Positions 25,822 through 37,782 of a stretch of 64,000 nucleotides of DNA are shown here, in pieces. Both the position numbers and the translations under genes were made by a program. The DNA comes from Azolla caroliniana (Eukaryota; Plantae; Polypodiophyta), in contig JBHGNT010000001.1 in the NCBI GenBank assembly GCA_043228905.1, forward strand, positions 36,332,001 through 36,396,000, written 5' to 3'. The notes below the pieces were generated by a model. That model saw nothing but the letters and a program-made list of their open reading frames with translations, made no database searches and was not told the DNA's origin. The stretch's first letter is position 1, and each line of letters opens with the position of its first letter.

Positions 25822-28149
25822 TCAATAAACCTTTAATGGAATACCCTCGGACTTGATGAGCGCTTTCTTGTTAGCTTTGCCCATTGTGACCTTCAAGGAC
25901 CACCAGAGCACAGGAGTGGAAAAGCCAATATACCCCACAATCGCAAAAGCCCTCAATATCCCATTCTTGTAGTAAGGTGAAGCCATTACAAATAAACTCC
26001 CAAAGATCAAGAGCCATGGGGTTACTAACGGAAAAACGTGCAAGTCCAAAGCATATGATGTAGCCATAAGAAGAGCCAAGGACCCAAACAGACTAAGGCC
26101 CCACCCTATCAATGGATGTGTTGTTATTGGAACCATTAGAGATGGCATCAAAAAGCTGACCAAAATGCAAGAAGGCACCATCACCTTCGCTTTAAGCATT
26201 CGCACATAACTAGAACCATAGCTTGTCCAAACCATCTTCTGTATGGAAACATCAGCCATAAAGAATTGCACCTCAGGTCGCACGCACCGCATCATCACGA
26301 CCACGGCCACCAATAATGTTGCATACAATGCTGCCTGTAGGTAAAGAATCGGAGCTTCCTCCGTGTATCTGTTGTCAAAACCACATAATGAGGGTCACGG
26401 TTAGTGGGGCTTCAAAAATTGAACGGTCTTTCATAAAAAATAAGTTAAAATTTTACATAGTTGATCAGGGCCTCGCCCTATAGGTTGGGAAGAAGCATAC
26501 AAATAAACATACACTAATAGAGTCAGTTGAGCCAAAGATTTGCTAATAAGTTCAGAGACAGTCATTTGGAGTGGAAATTGCCGTTAGGGTGAGGTATATA
26601 ATCAATACTCATGATCTGTTGTGCACAACTTGCAATTGGCATCTATTCTTTTCTAGTATAGTTTATCTATTGCATCAAAAGTTCCGTCGAGCATAGGTCA
26701 TGAGATACTATTCAGACTAGGACTTAATTGCAATCCAGACCCTACAGCTGAAAAAAAGGTTGTCGACAAAGCTAATAAGAACTCTTTGTTTAGCCTATTT
26801 GATCTCACCTACCTGCAATTGGAAACCAACCCCCATCCATTAAGAAGAAAACAACACAAAAGTAATTCTATATGAGAAAGAAAGATGTTGTGTTTACCCA
26901 ATAGTAGATGCCCTCATGTCATGCCAAGCTAGGCCCAAAGGCAAAATAGGCCAAGACCACCAGTACCAAGGCTTAAGTAAGGATGCGCCTGGGAATGTGA
27001 CAATGCTATTGGGTCCACATGGAACACGCCATTTTAATCTAAGATCTACAATTTCAAAAAAGTAAGAAAAACTATTGGTAAAAAATTTCAAGCTTCGGCC
27101 TCACAAAATGGTCAACTCTGTAGAAACAATGTGAGCTAGTTACAATAATATGAGGCGTCCATTTGATATCCAACAGGCAATCGATAATTTCCACTCAGTT
27201 TGGACCCATCCGATGGAGGGTGAAACATTGGTTTGTCTAGCAAGTCGGGAAAATAAGCTGTTAGAAACCCTTGGTCAGCACCATCCCTGTTTTCTGACAT
27301 TGCATTCACACCTCGAACCATATCTTCAAACACTATCATCGAAGGCTGCAATTTCGTAACAATGAGCATCACATCGAACAGATTAGAATATAGATTTTTC
27401 TTAGCTTGTAGCAAATGGTATTGGTACTAGACTACAATAAAATCCATACCCATGCTCTATGTCAAAATCAATCACTTTCAACAACTAAAACCTCATACAA
27501 TATGACCAAAATCAATCACTTTCAATCATAAAAATTTCATAATGTTGTGTGAAATTGTTAGAGAAAGAGAGAAGTTCTTGCCTTCAGAACAAAAAGGCCA
27601 GTATGGAATATGCATGGGTCAATAAAAGCTGCACAAAAATCTCCACATTGGAAAAGCTCATCTGAATTTTGCAATATCAAATTGTCGGCATCAAGCATGA
27701 CAATGCGATCGTACTCAACAAACGTCCATGCCAATAGTTTGTTCAATGTGAATATGAAACGGTCATTGAAACCTGGCTGATTTGCATATGGATTTGGGAT
27801 GTTCTTCACATGGACAACCCTTACACCGTCCTTCACACTACAAAAAACATTATATATAAGGTGAATACACATGCAGGAAAGAGAAGGCGCATCACATTCA
27901 CACTTTAGACCATAATAACAAATCAGGATATTGTTGGCATGGAAGGATGAGCTTCTACTGGCAAGACAAAGATCCGTAAGAGCCCACATTCCCTCATGTT
28001 TTCATATAGTGCTCCATATCCCTTTTTTTATGAAAGTATGCTATTTTAACACTTATCTTCCTTTAAAAGTCATTCTAAAGCCCATATTCTAGGATGAAAA
28101 CTTTTATTCTATTCTATGTACATGATGCATTGTTTCAATATAGTTAACA

Positions 28150-28223
<74 letters not shown>

Positions 28224-28831
28224 TAATTTTGAGGTTTTTGTGTGTTTCAAACCATTTTGTTAGAGACCATATAGTCTGAATTTTCTTCAATGGCTTCACA
28301 GTATTGGACACCATTCCCTGGCAAGGTCTTTTGAAGCTAGTAAGCATCTTAAGTCTTGACGATGCTATCTCTCTGTATGCAGCACAGAGGTTGGTGAGAC
28401 AATGCTCAACATTATAAGCTTCTTTTCAGCAATGTAAGGCTGTGTAACGGGATCTTGTTAAGCTTGCATCACAATGCACTGGTGTGCTCATATAGACATT
28501 GCCTCAAGTTTCTTCCGAGCTAAGCTTCCAGAAAAGATGTGATTTTGTGTTGTCTAGAAAGGATCTGCTTTTATCCTTAATGCTGACTAGAAAGGATCTG
28601 GTTTAGTTAGGTGAAACGAGCAAGGAACTTAAATTAACTAGACACACATAACTACCTAAGGTAACTGGAAGGGCATAGTTCGGTTATTGACAGTAACTAG
28701 AAAGATGGGAGTTTCAATTTCTAAGTAGGGAGGGCAAACAAGTCCGGTTAGGTCAACAGTAACTGGAGAGAGAGAGAGAGAGAGGGTGTGTGTGTGTGTG
28801 TGGTCAAGTTAGGGAGTTCAAAAAGCCAGAG

Positions 28832-28881
<50 letters not shown>

Positions 28882-29317
28882 CTCACAAGGCGTGAGACCA
28901 GGAGGGAGGGGTGTTGTGAGAGGCGATGAGGAGGAGGTCCGCATGAGCATGGGGTTGTTGGGGTTGGGGTTGGGATCGGAAGTGGATGGCCAGGGAGCGG
29001 AAGAGCACACGTGCCGCCACATAATACTCATAGTCCTTTGGCGTGCCCATGTAGAAGATGGTGGCATATGCGTGAGGCGACATGGCTTCTCCACTCCTAC
29101 TCACCACCATCGACGAAGACGACAATGATGATCGCGCATTTGCTTCTGTAGCTCCCTGCACGTCTGAACCTATAGTGAGCATGAAAGAGGAGGAAAAGAA
29201 GAAGACCATGATCAGGAATGCGTCTCTTCTTCTTCTTCTTCTTCTTCTTCTTCCTCCCCAATTCCTCACCTGTTGTTTCATCTCATGAGAATGCAAGAGG
29301 TTCCATGACCAGAGCAT
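25822..29317 (-). CDS. GT8 family glycosyltransferase, PGSIP7/PGSIP8-like, with C-terminal transmembrane region
   Basis: Exons 29317-28887, 27837-27582, 27345-27144, 27045-26898, 26368-25822. Motifs AYATIFYMGTPKDYEYYVAARVL, LNKLLAW..EYDRIVMLDAD (DxD), ELFQCG.FCAAFIDPC.FHTGLFVL.PS, DGADQGFL, YQMDASYYYLRLKW, KPWYWWSWP. Intron 2 has a GC donor. The start codon could be a downstream ATG. Confidence 0.92.
28155..28218. repeat. (CT)n microsatellite (with further GA runs at ~28768-28784 and ~28835-28877)
   Basis: Directly visible. Confidence 0.95.
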
Positions 29318-29389
29318 CTCTCTGTTTTTTTTCTCTCGATAATTATGTATGTGTATGGCGCTGGCCTTCCTTTTTCTGGGTATAAAACG

Positions 29390-29427
<38 letters not shown>

Positions 29428-29513
29428 TGGTCTTTGACTTTATGACACTTTTTACCTTAGTATGTATGTATATGCATGTCCCTATGTGTTTACATAGATT
29501 GTATATGTATACC

Positions 29514-29530
29514 GTATATGTATATGTATA

Positions 29531-29563
<33 letters not shown>

Positions 29564-29586
29564 ATGTGTATGTGTATGTGTATGTA
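29514..29586. repeat. (TATGTG/TATGTA)n hexamer repeat
   Basis: Directly visible. Confidence 0.9.
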
Positions 29587-29860
29587 CTCAAATAGCAACC
29601 AATGCACATTGCTGAGTGATAGGGTGGGTTTCCATGCTTGCTACGAAGAGGGTTGCTTTCCTAAAAAAACCGTTATATATAGTGATTCTCAAACCATGTT
29701 GTATCAAAAGCTCTATCATATATGTACAAGAAGACCCTTACATGGAGTTTGCCTTGTGCTTCATTGTAAATATGCCTTCGTAATGATCATGATCAAAGTT
29801 AGTTGATTGATTAGTGAGTTTCAAACCTATGGTGGCGTCACTTTCTTCTTACGGCAACAT

Positions 29861-30075
29861 GGTTTTCTTCTACCACAACATAGGCTGAATATCGAAGAAT
29901 GATAGTAGCTTTCCTCTGGTAAAGCTCACATTCCTTTATGGAACAAATCATTGTGAGAGGTTGTCTAGGCATATTTCTACCATTTCTTGCTCATGGACCC
30001 ACACATTGATGGAGGCAAGAGCATCATCACACACGGACTAAAACTTTGGGGCGTAGTCATAGATGGACACACCCT
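29861..30075 (-). mobile_element. Degenerate Ty1/copia gag (UBN2-like) fragment
   Basis: Minus strand reads GVSIYDYAPKF*SVCDDALASINVWVHEQEMVEICLDNLSQ*F..LSFFDIQPML, resembling copia gag S..DY....CD.LASI...V...EMV.ICL. Confidence 0.7.
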
Positions 30076-33000
30076 TTTTTGAATAATATTTAACTCCTTA
30101 GGGAGTTGAAGTGTGTTGTTTGATGGCCACTATCATCTTTAGAGTTTCCTTTGTTCCCTTAGCTGTCATCACATGGGATGGAGAGGGAAGTTTTGATCAT
30201 AGTGGTGGAGATGGTTGGGACAAGTGAGGATGTTGCATCTTCACGAGGATGGTACATTGATTGTATGGTGTGTGAGAGGATGATCACATTGGAGGCAATA
30301 GGCATTTAATATAGAAAAGGAAATGTCTTGCACTAGCATCACAACTTCACAAAAACCCTTTAGGTTTCTAGAGAACATGGTGATAAGTTGTGTATCAACC
30401 ATTGCTTCAAAGTCTTGTTGATACAAGGGTAGCATGGTGATCAAAGATCACTCATTTGTCAGCAATGTCGTTGTGAGCTAGAATATAATGATTCAAACTA
30501 ATCCTTCAATGTACAATCAGGTATTTCAAGATAATTATTGACAAAATTAGTCATGACCTTAGCATTTTGATTTCCATAGGATTATTGTCATGAGGGTTGG
30601 GGGAAATTGGCTAGTTTAAGTGAACTTTAAAGAAGATCCACTTTGCATTAAGGAAATCTAACTAGGGCCATAGTTGGGGGGAGGGCATAGAATGCAAGTT
30701 CCATGCAAATATGTAGGGTTGCGTAGTGAACCACTTTCAAAAGCATGTGTCATTGAAGAAAAGGAACACCATTGGGGTTGCACGCTCAATAGTTCTTAAA
30801 TCAAATTAGCCACATCATTGAAATATCTTATTGAATCAAGGGGGGACAAATGTTGATCATGCCCACACTTTTCCATTGTACAGTGTGTTGGGTATATGGG
30901 TAGGACAATTTGTTGCTCAATGCCAATCTCTAGGTAGAGATTATATATTCTCTATCATCTATTAATGTACCTCAAGCTTTGTATAAATCCCCCATGGGAG
31001 AGATTTGCCCATCATTATGGGAAGACGCTCCCTTGGTGTGATCAAAGTCTTTTGAGAGTAAGAGTTGTCATAATTGTTGCCACCATACCTTGTTCCGCTC
31101 ATCATTTTGGAGATGCATAGGGTATCAAAAGAATGGCAACTTCTCAAAGAATACATTTTTATCCCCAAGAGTTATATATTGCAAGGTTAGGATTTGTAAT
31201 TACCATAGTTTAATGATAATCTTTCTTAATCAAATGATTCTCATATTTCACCTTCAGCAAAAGTGCTCACATGTCCCTAATCACAATTTTTCACTTCATT
31301 TTCTCTAAGTTCATCAAATTTCTTGTTTTAAGTGAGAGTTCCTTCTTAGTCCTTTAAAAAAGCATCGAGTCCAAGACTGATAAAATGATACTAAGTTATC
31401 TGAGCATCTGATTAAGAAATACAAATGTAGAGAAATAAGTCTGGGAAAGTGATAATACATTTTGATACCCAAAAGAATTGCAGTTTGAAATCTTAATACT
31501 CTTTTTGAGTATTGCATAACAACTGAATCAAATGGATAATCACAAAAGAAACATGGAGCAAAGTGTCCTTTGAATAGCAGACAACCATTGATTTCTTCGA
31601 AAATGAGCCTTTTGTTCCTGTTTACTTGCATTCATCGCTTGCTTGTACTCAGCAGTAATAATAGTACCTGACAATACACACCATCTAGGTTTTCATAAGT
31701 TTAACCCTAACTGGTTAAAACAGGAAAAAACTCTAAAATAACCAAGTTTTTCTTTATTCCCCAATGCTTTCAAGTATTCGTTTTAATAAATGCGGGTATC
31801 TTGCTCCAAATGTTGCTTCAAAATGTAATGTGAAGTCTCATATGCTGATATATGCACCCGGAAGAGGGATACAACATGAAATTTGCGGTGCATATTGAAC
31901 AGAAATCACTACTAAGGAAAAGGCCAAATTATTAGAAAGAATGACTGAATGTTGTGTGACGATGTCAGGGCCCATATCTAGCATGTTAGAGGAAGAGCTA
32001 ACACACCAGCATGGCATATATGAATAAATAAGGTTAGGAGAAAAGAAAATCTCTCTTCAGAGCAGAGGTCCTTTCCAAATTTATCAGGCCACAAAAACTA
32101 AAATGCTGTGCCATTGCTCTGGAATAGGAAATTGGAATAGGAAATTGGAATAGCAATCATTAACCATCTCATTGTATCATGAACTCTCACCCATGTTGGT
32201 GTCTTCGTAACTGGAGCTATGCAAGGATTCATGCATATGGTTACTCCGCCGGATTCTCTGCTGTGTGTGGCATAGAGGTTCAACCTCCGGCAGTCACACG
32301 AGGACAATATGTGGAAGTCTACTCAAACTAGCAGGCCAAATTCTAGTGACTGTTACTCAGGCGGCATCACAAAATTCTCTTAACGCTGTAATTAAAAATG
32401 TACACGATCATTATGTGGTCATGATTCACCCAACTTTCTCAGATGGAGTGACAATAGCAATATCTAGAGTTCAAATAAGCAGCCCCATGACTGATTATGT
32501 GGTCCTCATGCTACCTGGTGACATCTTTAAAAACTAGATCAATCAGGGTATGGCTATATGAAGGCTCCTGTTACTGAAGAATTTTTACTGCATAATTAGC
32601 TTTCAATATATTGGCATGGAATTTTGGGTGTCAGGATATGAAATAATATAAGTGGGAAGTTAGTTTCGGCTCAATAGTGAGAGGCTCACTGAGGTCCTAC
32701 TGCAGTTGAGTTTTTAGGTCTCCCCTATAAATGAATTTCATGATCTCCTTGATTACAACATTGTTCCTCCAGGTAACACAATCATTCCTTGTCAATGAGG
32801 TATACTTTCCAACTAATAAGGACCCCATCAGCCAATCTCTCTTTGAAATGGGCGTAGTCTATCAAAGCTCTTCCCAAGGACTCAATGCAGAGATGGATAC
32901 TAGTTTATCCAATAGACAGTTATTTACAATTTTGTTTGCTTCCTTTCAAGGCCAGCTTTCAATTATTTTCCCCTACACAACCAAAGTTTTTTAAGATCCT

Positions 33001-33475
33001 GAAAGCTCCACAATAGCACCACCATAGTCATCAATGGTAGGCCACTACCAGCTGGTGGCAAGGGTAATGCCTCTAGAGATGTAGAATTTCCTATAAGTTA
33101 AAGGCTGGGCATGTCACCATACTGAGAAAAGACATTATTTTTAGGAATTTCCTATAAGTTAAAGTGTTCACACCCTGAAAAAACATATTTGGACAGGCAG
33201 AAATGATAGAGTAGTTAATTGAGGGGGGTTTGAAAGATTGGAAAAGTTTGTTTAGACTAGAGCTAAGACCAGATCAAATTTTCTCTTACCAAATTGTAAA
33301 GCCATGATTTATGCTCCTTGTTAGATATAGCTGAGGCACGGAGAAACAAGTTGTCTTTAGTTTCAAAGATATAACAAAGATGCACAACAGAAAACCAGAA
33401 ATTATTTGCAAACGAATATATCTCTTTGTGACGCCTACCAAGATCTTTGTCTTTTTTTGCTTCATCATCAATTGT

Positions 33476-34957
33476 TCATTCACATGTTACTTCCACTTTT
33501 TTCTTCTTTTTCTTTTTCTGTTTCTGCTTTTGTTTCCTCACAATCAGGACATTTGCTTGGTTTAAATATCTATCATCACTTTCCTGCAAGGTTTATTTAA
33601 TATGTACTCAGTATTAAGAAACAATTCACTGACAAGTTATCGTCTTTGTAGCATTAAATTACCCTTTCATCATCCGAAAAGGTTTCGACGTGGCGTATTT
33701 TCAGTGAACTTGAAGAAACACCTGGAAATTTATCTTCCATATGTTAAAACAAAGTAAAATAGTTTGCATATACATAGGATTAACAGTTAAATAGGGAGCA
33801 AGGTACATGAATAACGCTGTAAAATTACCTTGCACAGCTGCTTTAGCATTTTCAACTGCTGCCTCAACAAGTGCAGGATCCAAACTTGCTGTTCCTGACG
33901 GTGTTTCAAGTTTTCTTTGTAAAAACTTAGCCAATGCAACTGCCTTGTTGGTAGCAACAGGACCACCAGGATGAGGAACCCTTCATGCAAAAGAAAGTAA
34001 ACTAGGTCATACAAACCAATGAAAAAGAGAAACATTTTCTCTGTTTTTTTTAGACTATAGAAAACAAGACATGTTTCTCTTTTTTTCCTTTTGAAATACA
34101 CGCATCCAATATGCTAGAGAGATTGTCTCTGTAAGACTTCTCAACACTAAGAAGCTGCCATGTTTTACCCTCGCCACATTATAAGACCCAATCGAGAAAT
34201 CAGAGTGGTCAATCCTCATCTATGCAAGGACAAAGAATTTACTGGGCACCTTTTAATCCTCATAGAAGTTCAGAAGTGCTCTCATAAATATTGTGAACCA
34301 CACTGAGAAACTATGCAAAACCTCTTATTTTATTAGAAACTACAATTTTTATATTAGCTCAAGTTTCTCGCAATTCCTTTCTCAGTTGATAGATTAAATT
34401 ATCAGATTAAACAAATTCTCAAGCATGATAAATATAGCTTCGTGATCTAACAATTAATAATCCCCTATCTATGGCATTATATTCCGGTTTAGATCATTGC
34501 ATGCATGTATTTCAGTTCAAACCATTATATTGTGTACATTATGCTAAAAATCAGTATATGCCATGCTTAAATCGTCATATGCATGGATTTATCTTCAAAG
34601 CATTGTTTGAGCACATTTATGTTTAGATCATCCAGTTAAATGTGTCTGCTTAAGTTTCAAATCATGACAGATTAGTAAACGCGGCATTCAGCTAAAGTAT
34701 GTCTATAATATTTTCAAATTATTTGGCTCAGATATGTGTATTCATGTTTCGAATTGTTAGGTTTTAAATCTGTGCAGTCTGACAAAAAAGGAGTGTAGAA
34801 AAATCGAAAAATATTGACCCATATACCTGGTTTTAATCTTTGCTACGTTCGGCAAATGAGGGGGTAATCGAGCAAATCTGCTGCCACGAAGAGCTCGACG
34901 ATCCTCTTCCGAAAGGCTTTCTAGCTGAACATCATTTACCTTGATACTTTTCTTCAT
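33476..34957 (-). CDS. Small uncharacterised plant protein with a Lys-rich C-terminus
   Basis: In-phase exons 34957-34827, 33980-33829, 33721-33663, 33583-33476. Translation includes EDRRALRGSRFA.LP, PHPGGPVATNKAVALAKFLQRKL, LDPALVEAAVENAK, KIRHVETFSD and KQKQKQKKKKKKK. The last exon could instead splice onward at GAA|gtaac. Confidence 0.8.
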
Positions 34958-34987
34958 TCTAAATTAGAATATGGAAAATGAGAACCA

Positions 34988-35305
34988 GATTAGGGTTTTG
35001 ATCATCAGGTAACAGCAAGTCGCCTGAATACCTTAACAGGGCTTATCTTGATACTTCTCTTCATTCTAAATAAGGAGCAGATTAGGGTTTTGAGCATCAG
35101 GCAACACAAGAATAAATTAAAAAGCAAGAATATGTATAACTCCTTCCAACGTTATAAATAAATTCAGGGAAAGAGAATTTGCGCGCGCGCTGTGTGTGTC
35201 TCCATGTGTCTCAGACAGACAGAGAGAGAGGGCGAGACAGAAAGAAAGAAAGATATATTAACGCCTTCAAAGAGAGAGAGATTAGCACCTGAAGAAACCC
35301 TAAGA
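34988..35305. promoter_or_regulatory. Telo-box (AAACCCTAA) cluster in the leader of the Lys-rich gene
   Basis: ttagggttt at ~34990 and ~35082, aaaccctaa at ~35295. Telo-boxes are common in plant translation and ribosome-biogenesis gene leaders. Confidence 0.45.
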
Positions 35306-37782
35306 TATGTTGAGAGGAAACCCTGAATCTTCTTCTCTGCGCAGGAAGAGGAGGAACCTCATGCAGACCATGTCATTCAAAAGAGCTCCGAAATTATCGT
35401 GAATAATAGACATGTACACATGTGACATAACCATATGTGTCTGTGTCTGTGTATGTGTAGAATCACAATTTCTTAAAGTTTATGAAGCATACCATAGTAT
35501 GAACCATACGTGCATTCTCATTCGACAGTGTTTCAATCATTCGAGTATGGTAAACACCCTTTTGACGTATGGTAAATACCGTACTTTTGTATTTATTATA
35601 AGGTTTTTTTTTAAGGTAAAAAAAGTTAAGGCAAAAAAGTGTAAACAAACATACGAATGTTTTGCTAACATACGCATTCGTTTTCAATGCATTGGAGTAT
35701 GTATATTACATACTATGAATGAAGCATACAACCAATTATATACGGCTTGTCACGGCTTCTCAACAAAAATGAATACAATGTGTATGTACATGGCGAAGCT
35801 CCACTAGGTAGCTTTTTGGAAAATTATATTTGTCTCACTTTCCAAGCAAATGAAGTCACCGTTTTATTGAAGTGACTTTTGGATCTCATGCCTTGTTTAT
35901 ACTCTCAACTCAAAATTTTATAAGCATCACCCCCATGACAGCCATTTAAAACCAACTATTTGCCCCAACTTGGAATTTGCAACATCCTTATCATCACCGC
36001 CTACTACATTGAAGTGATTGAAGCCATTATGCTCATTAACAACATTGTTGCTTTCCACAAACATGTTTTGTATGAAAACATCTTTTGCAAATAAATATAT
36101 TTACCCCGTACAACTCATCAAAGATTGGGTCATTTTGAGACATTAACCCATAAAGTACCGAAGAAATAGGTTTGTATGTTGTAAGGATTTTTGAAACTAA
36201 TCTCCTTTGCGCATCGTAAATGAGTACGAGGCATTGAGAAATTATTCATTGAGAAAATGTAGATGGAAGGTGGGTGCCAAGTTGAATGGGAAACAATGCT
36301 TGCATCCAAGGGACTAACAAGCTAAGGAAGAAGAGTTTAGGAGCCACCATTTGTGGATGATGAGTAAAGGAAAAACAATACTCAATTGACACAAGGGTAA
36401 AATTGGACCAACTTATGGAAATACTCGAGTCAAAGTTGTCATTTTTTTTAGAAAAAATACACAATATATCTTTTTCGTATATTGACCAAATTGTGTATTT
36501 TCAATTTTATGAAACGGTGGAATTTCCGCCTTTGTCATGGAATTTTGAGAACGTGTGATATTGGCATCACAATGTTTTGAAAAATGGTTTAAAAAACCCC
36601 AAAATCAAACGGGATATTCCTTATCCTTCCACTTGTGAATGCGAACGTGTTAAGGATGCTTGTAATCAATGAACAAAAAACACTTAGAGCGCACACACCT
36701 TCATAATTTTGATGGTACAATACATCCTTCATGTAACTTGGCTTATCATTTATGGTAGACAAATGATTGAGTGTCCAACACAAGTCAACCAAAGTCAATA
36801 AATATTTTGTGATTATCAAATGGGTTACTAATAGCTATACTCGTATGTATAAAGTTGGTTATAACATACATAGAAAATGTAGTTAGAAGTAGTGAGATTC
36901 AAACTTGTAATGTTCTAATTACAAGATACACACATTTAGCATGCACTACTAATACTTTCACCACTGTAATCAAATGCAAGGAAGATGAAAGAACACAATT
37001 ATCCTTGCTATTTGAGAGGGTTCAAGGTTTATTGGCTTGGGCAATAAGGGGATTAATTGTATGCAATACAACTATGTAATTGGATAGAGAAGTTAGTTGT
37101 CCCCTTATTTTTCATTCACCGCGACATCCTTTTGTGGTCAAATATCAAAAGTGTGATCATATATATATAACTACTTTGAGAAATTTTTGAAACACTATGA
37201 ACTAACACTTATATGCAACACTTGCCACAATGTCAACCTTTGAAGTGAGGTGATCTCGATTGTTGGTCTAGAACTCTCTCTCTCTCTACACGCACACACA
37301 CACACACTCTCTCTCTCTCACTCACACACACACACATAGATATAGATGCACATCATTTTTTTCGAACCATTTCTTGTTGGATGCCAATCTTTGAAAATTG
37401 TAGGCATCTACCTCATGATGCCAATGTTTGAAATTTCTAGAGAAGCGAAAACCATACTGTCAAATACATATGGCAAGCGCAGGCCCTATAACACTTGAAT
37501 CACCCATGTGGAAGGGAGGATAGAAGAACGAGCAGATGCAAAGACTTCTCCATAGGAGTTGAGCTAATACAACCGGGGTAAGTCTTTTGGGTGGGTAGTC
37601 CAGGAGATAGGGGGGACAATCCACTTGCTAGTGGTCACTTCCAACCCGAAAGTGTAAGTCTATACTTTATAGTATATACCTACCTATACAAGTAGATAGA
37701 CAGAACCGGCTCTACAAACAAGGAATTGGGAGGATGCATTGAACTCTGTTTTCTGCTCTGGTCCTCATTCAATCAAGCTCCC

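Noticed and set aside
30240-33120. Further transposon-like remnants (also 12100-13350, 35800-36650, 47400-48600, 52000-52900)
   Set aside because: They look like decayed TE sequence, but I could not read diagnostic motifs well enough to assign family or boundaries.
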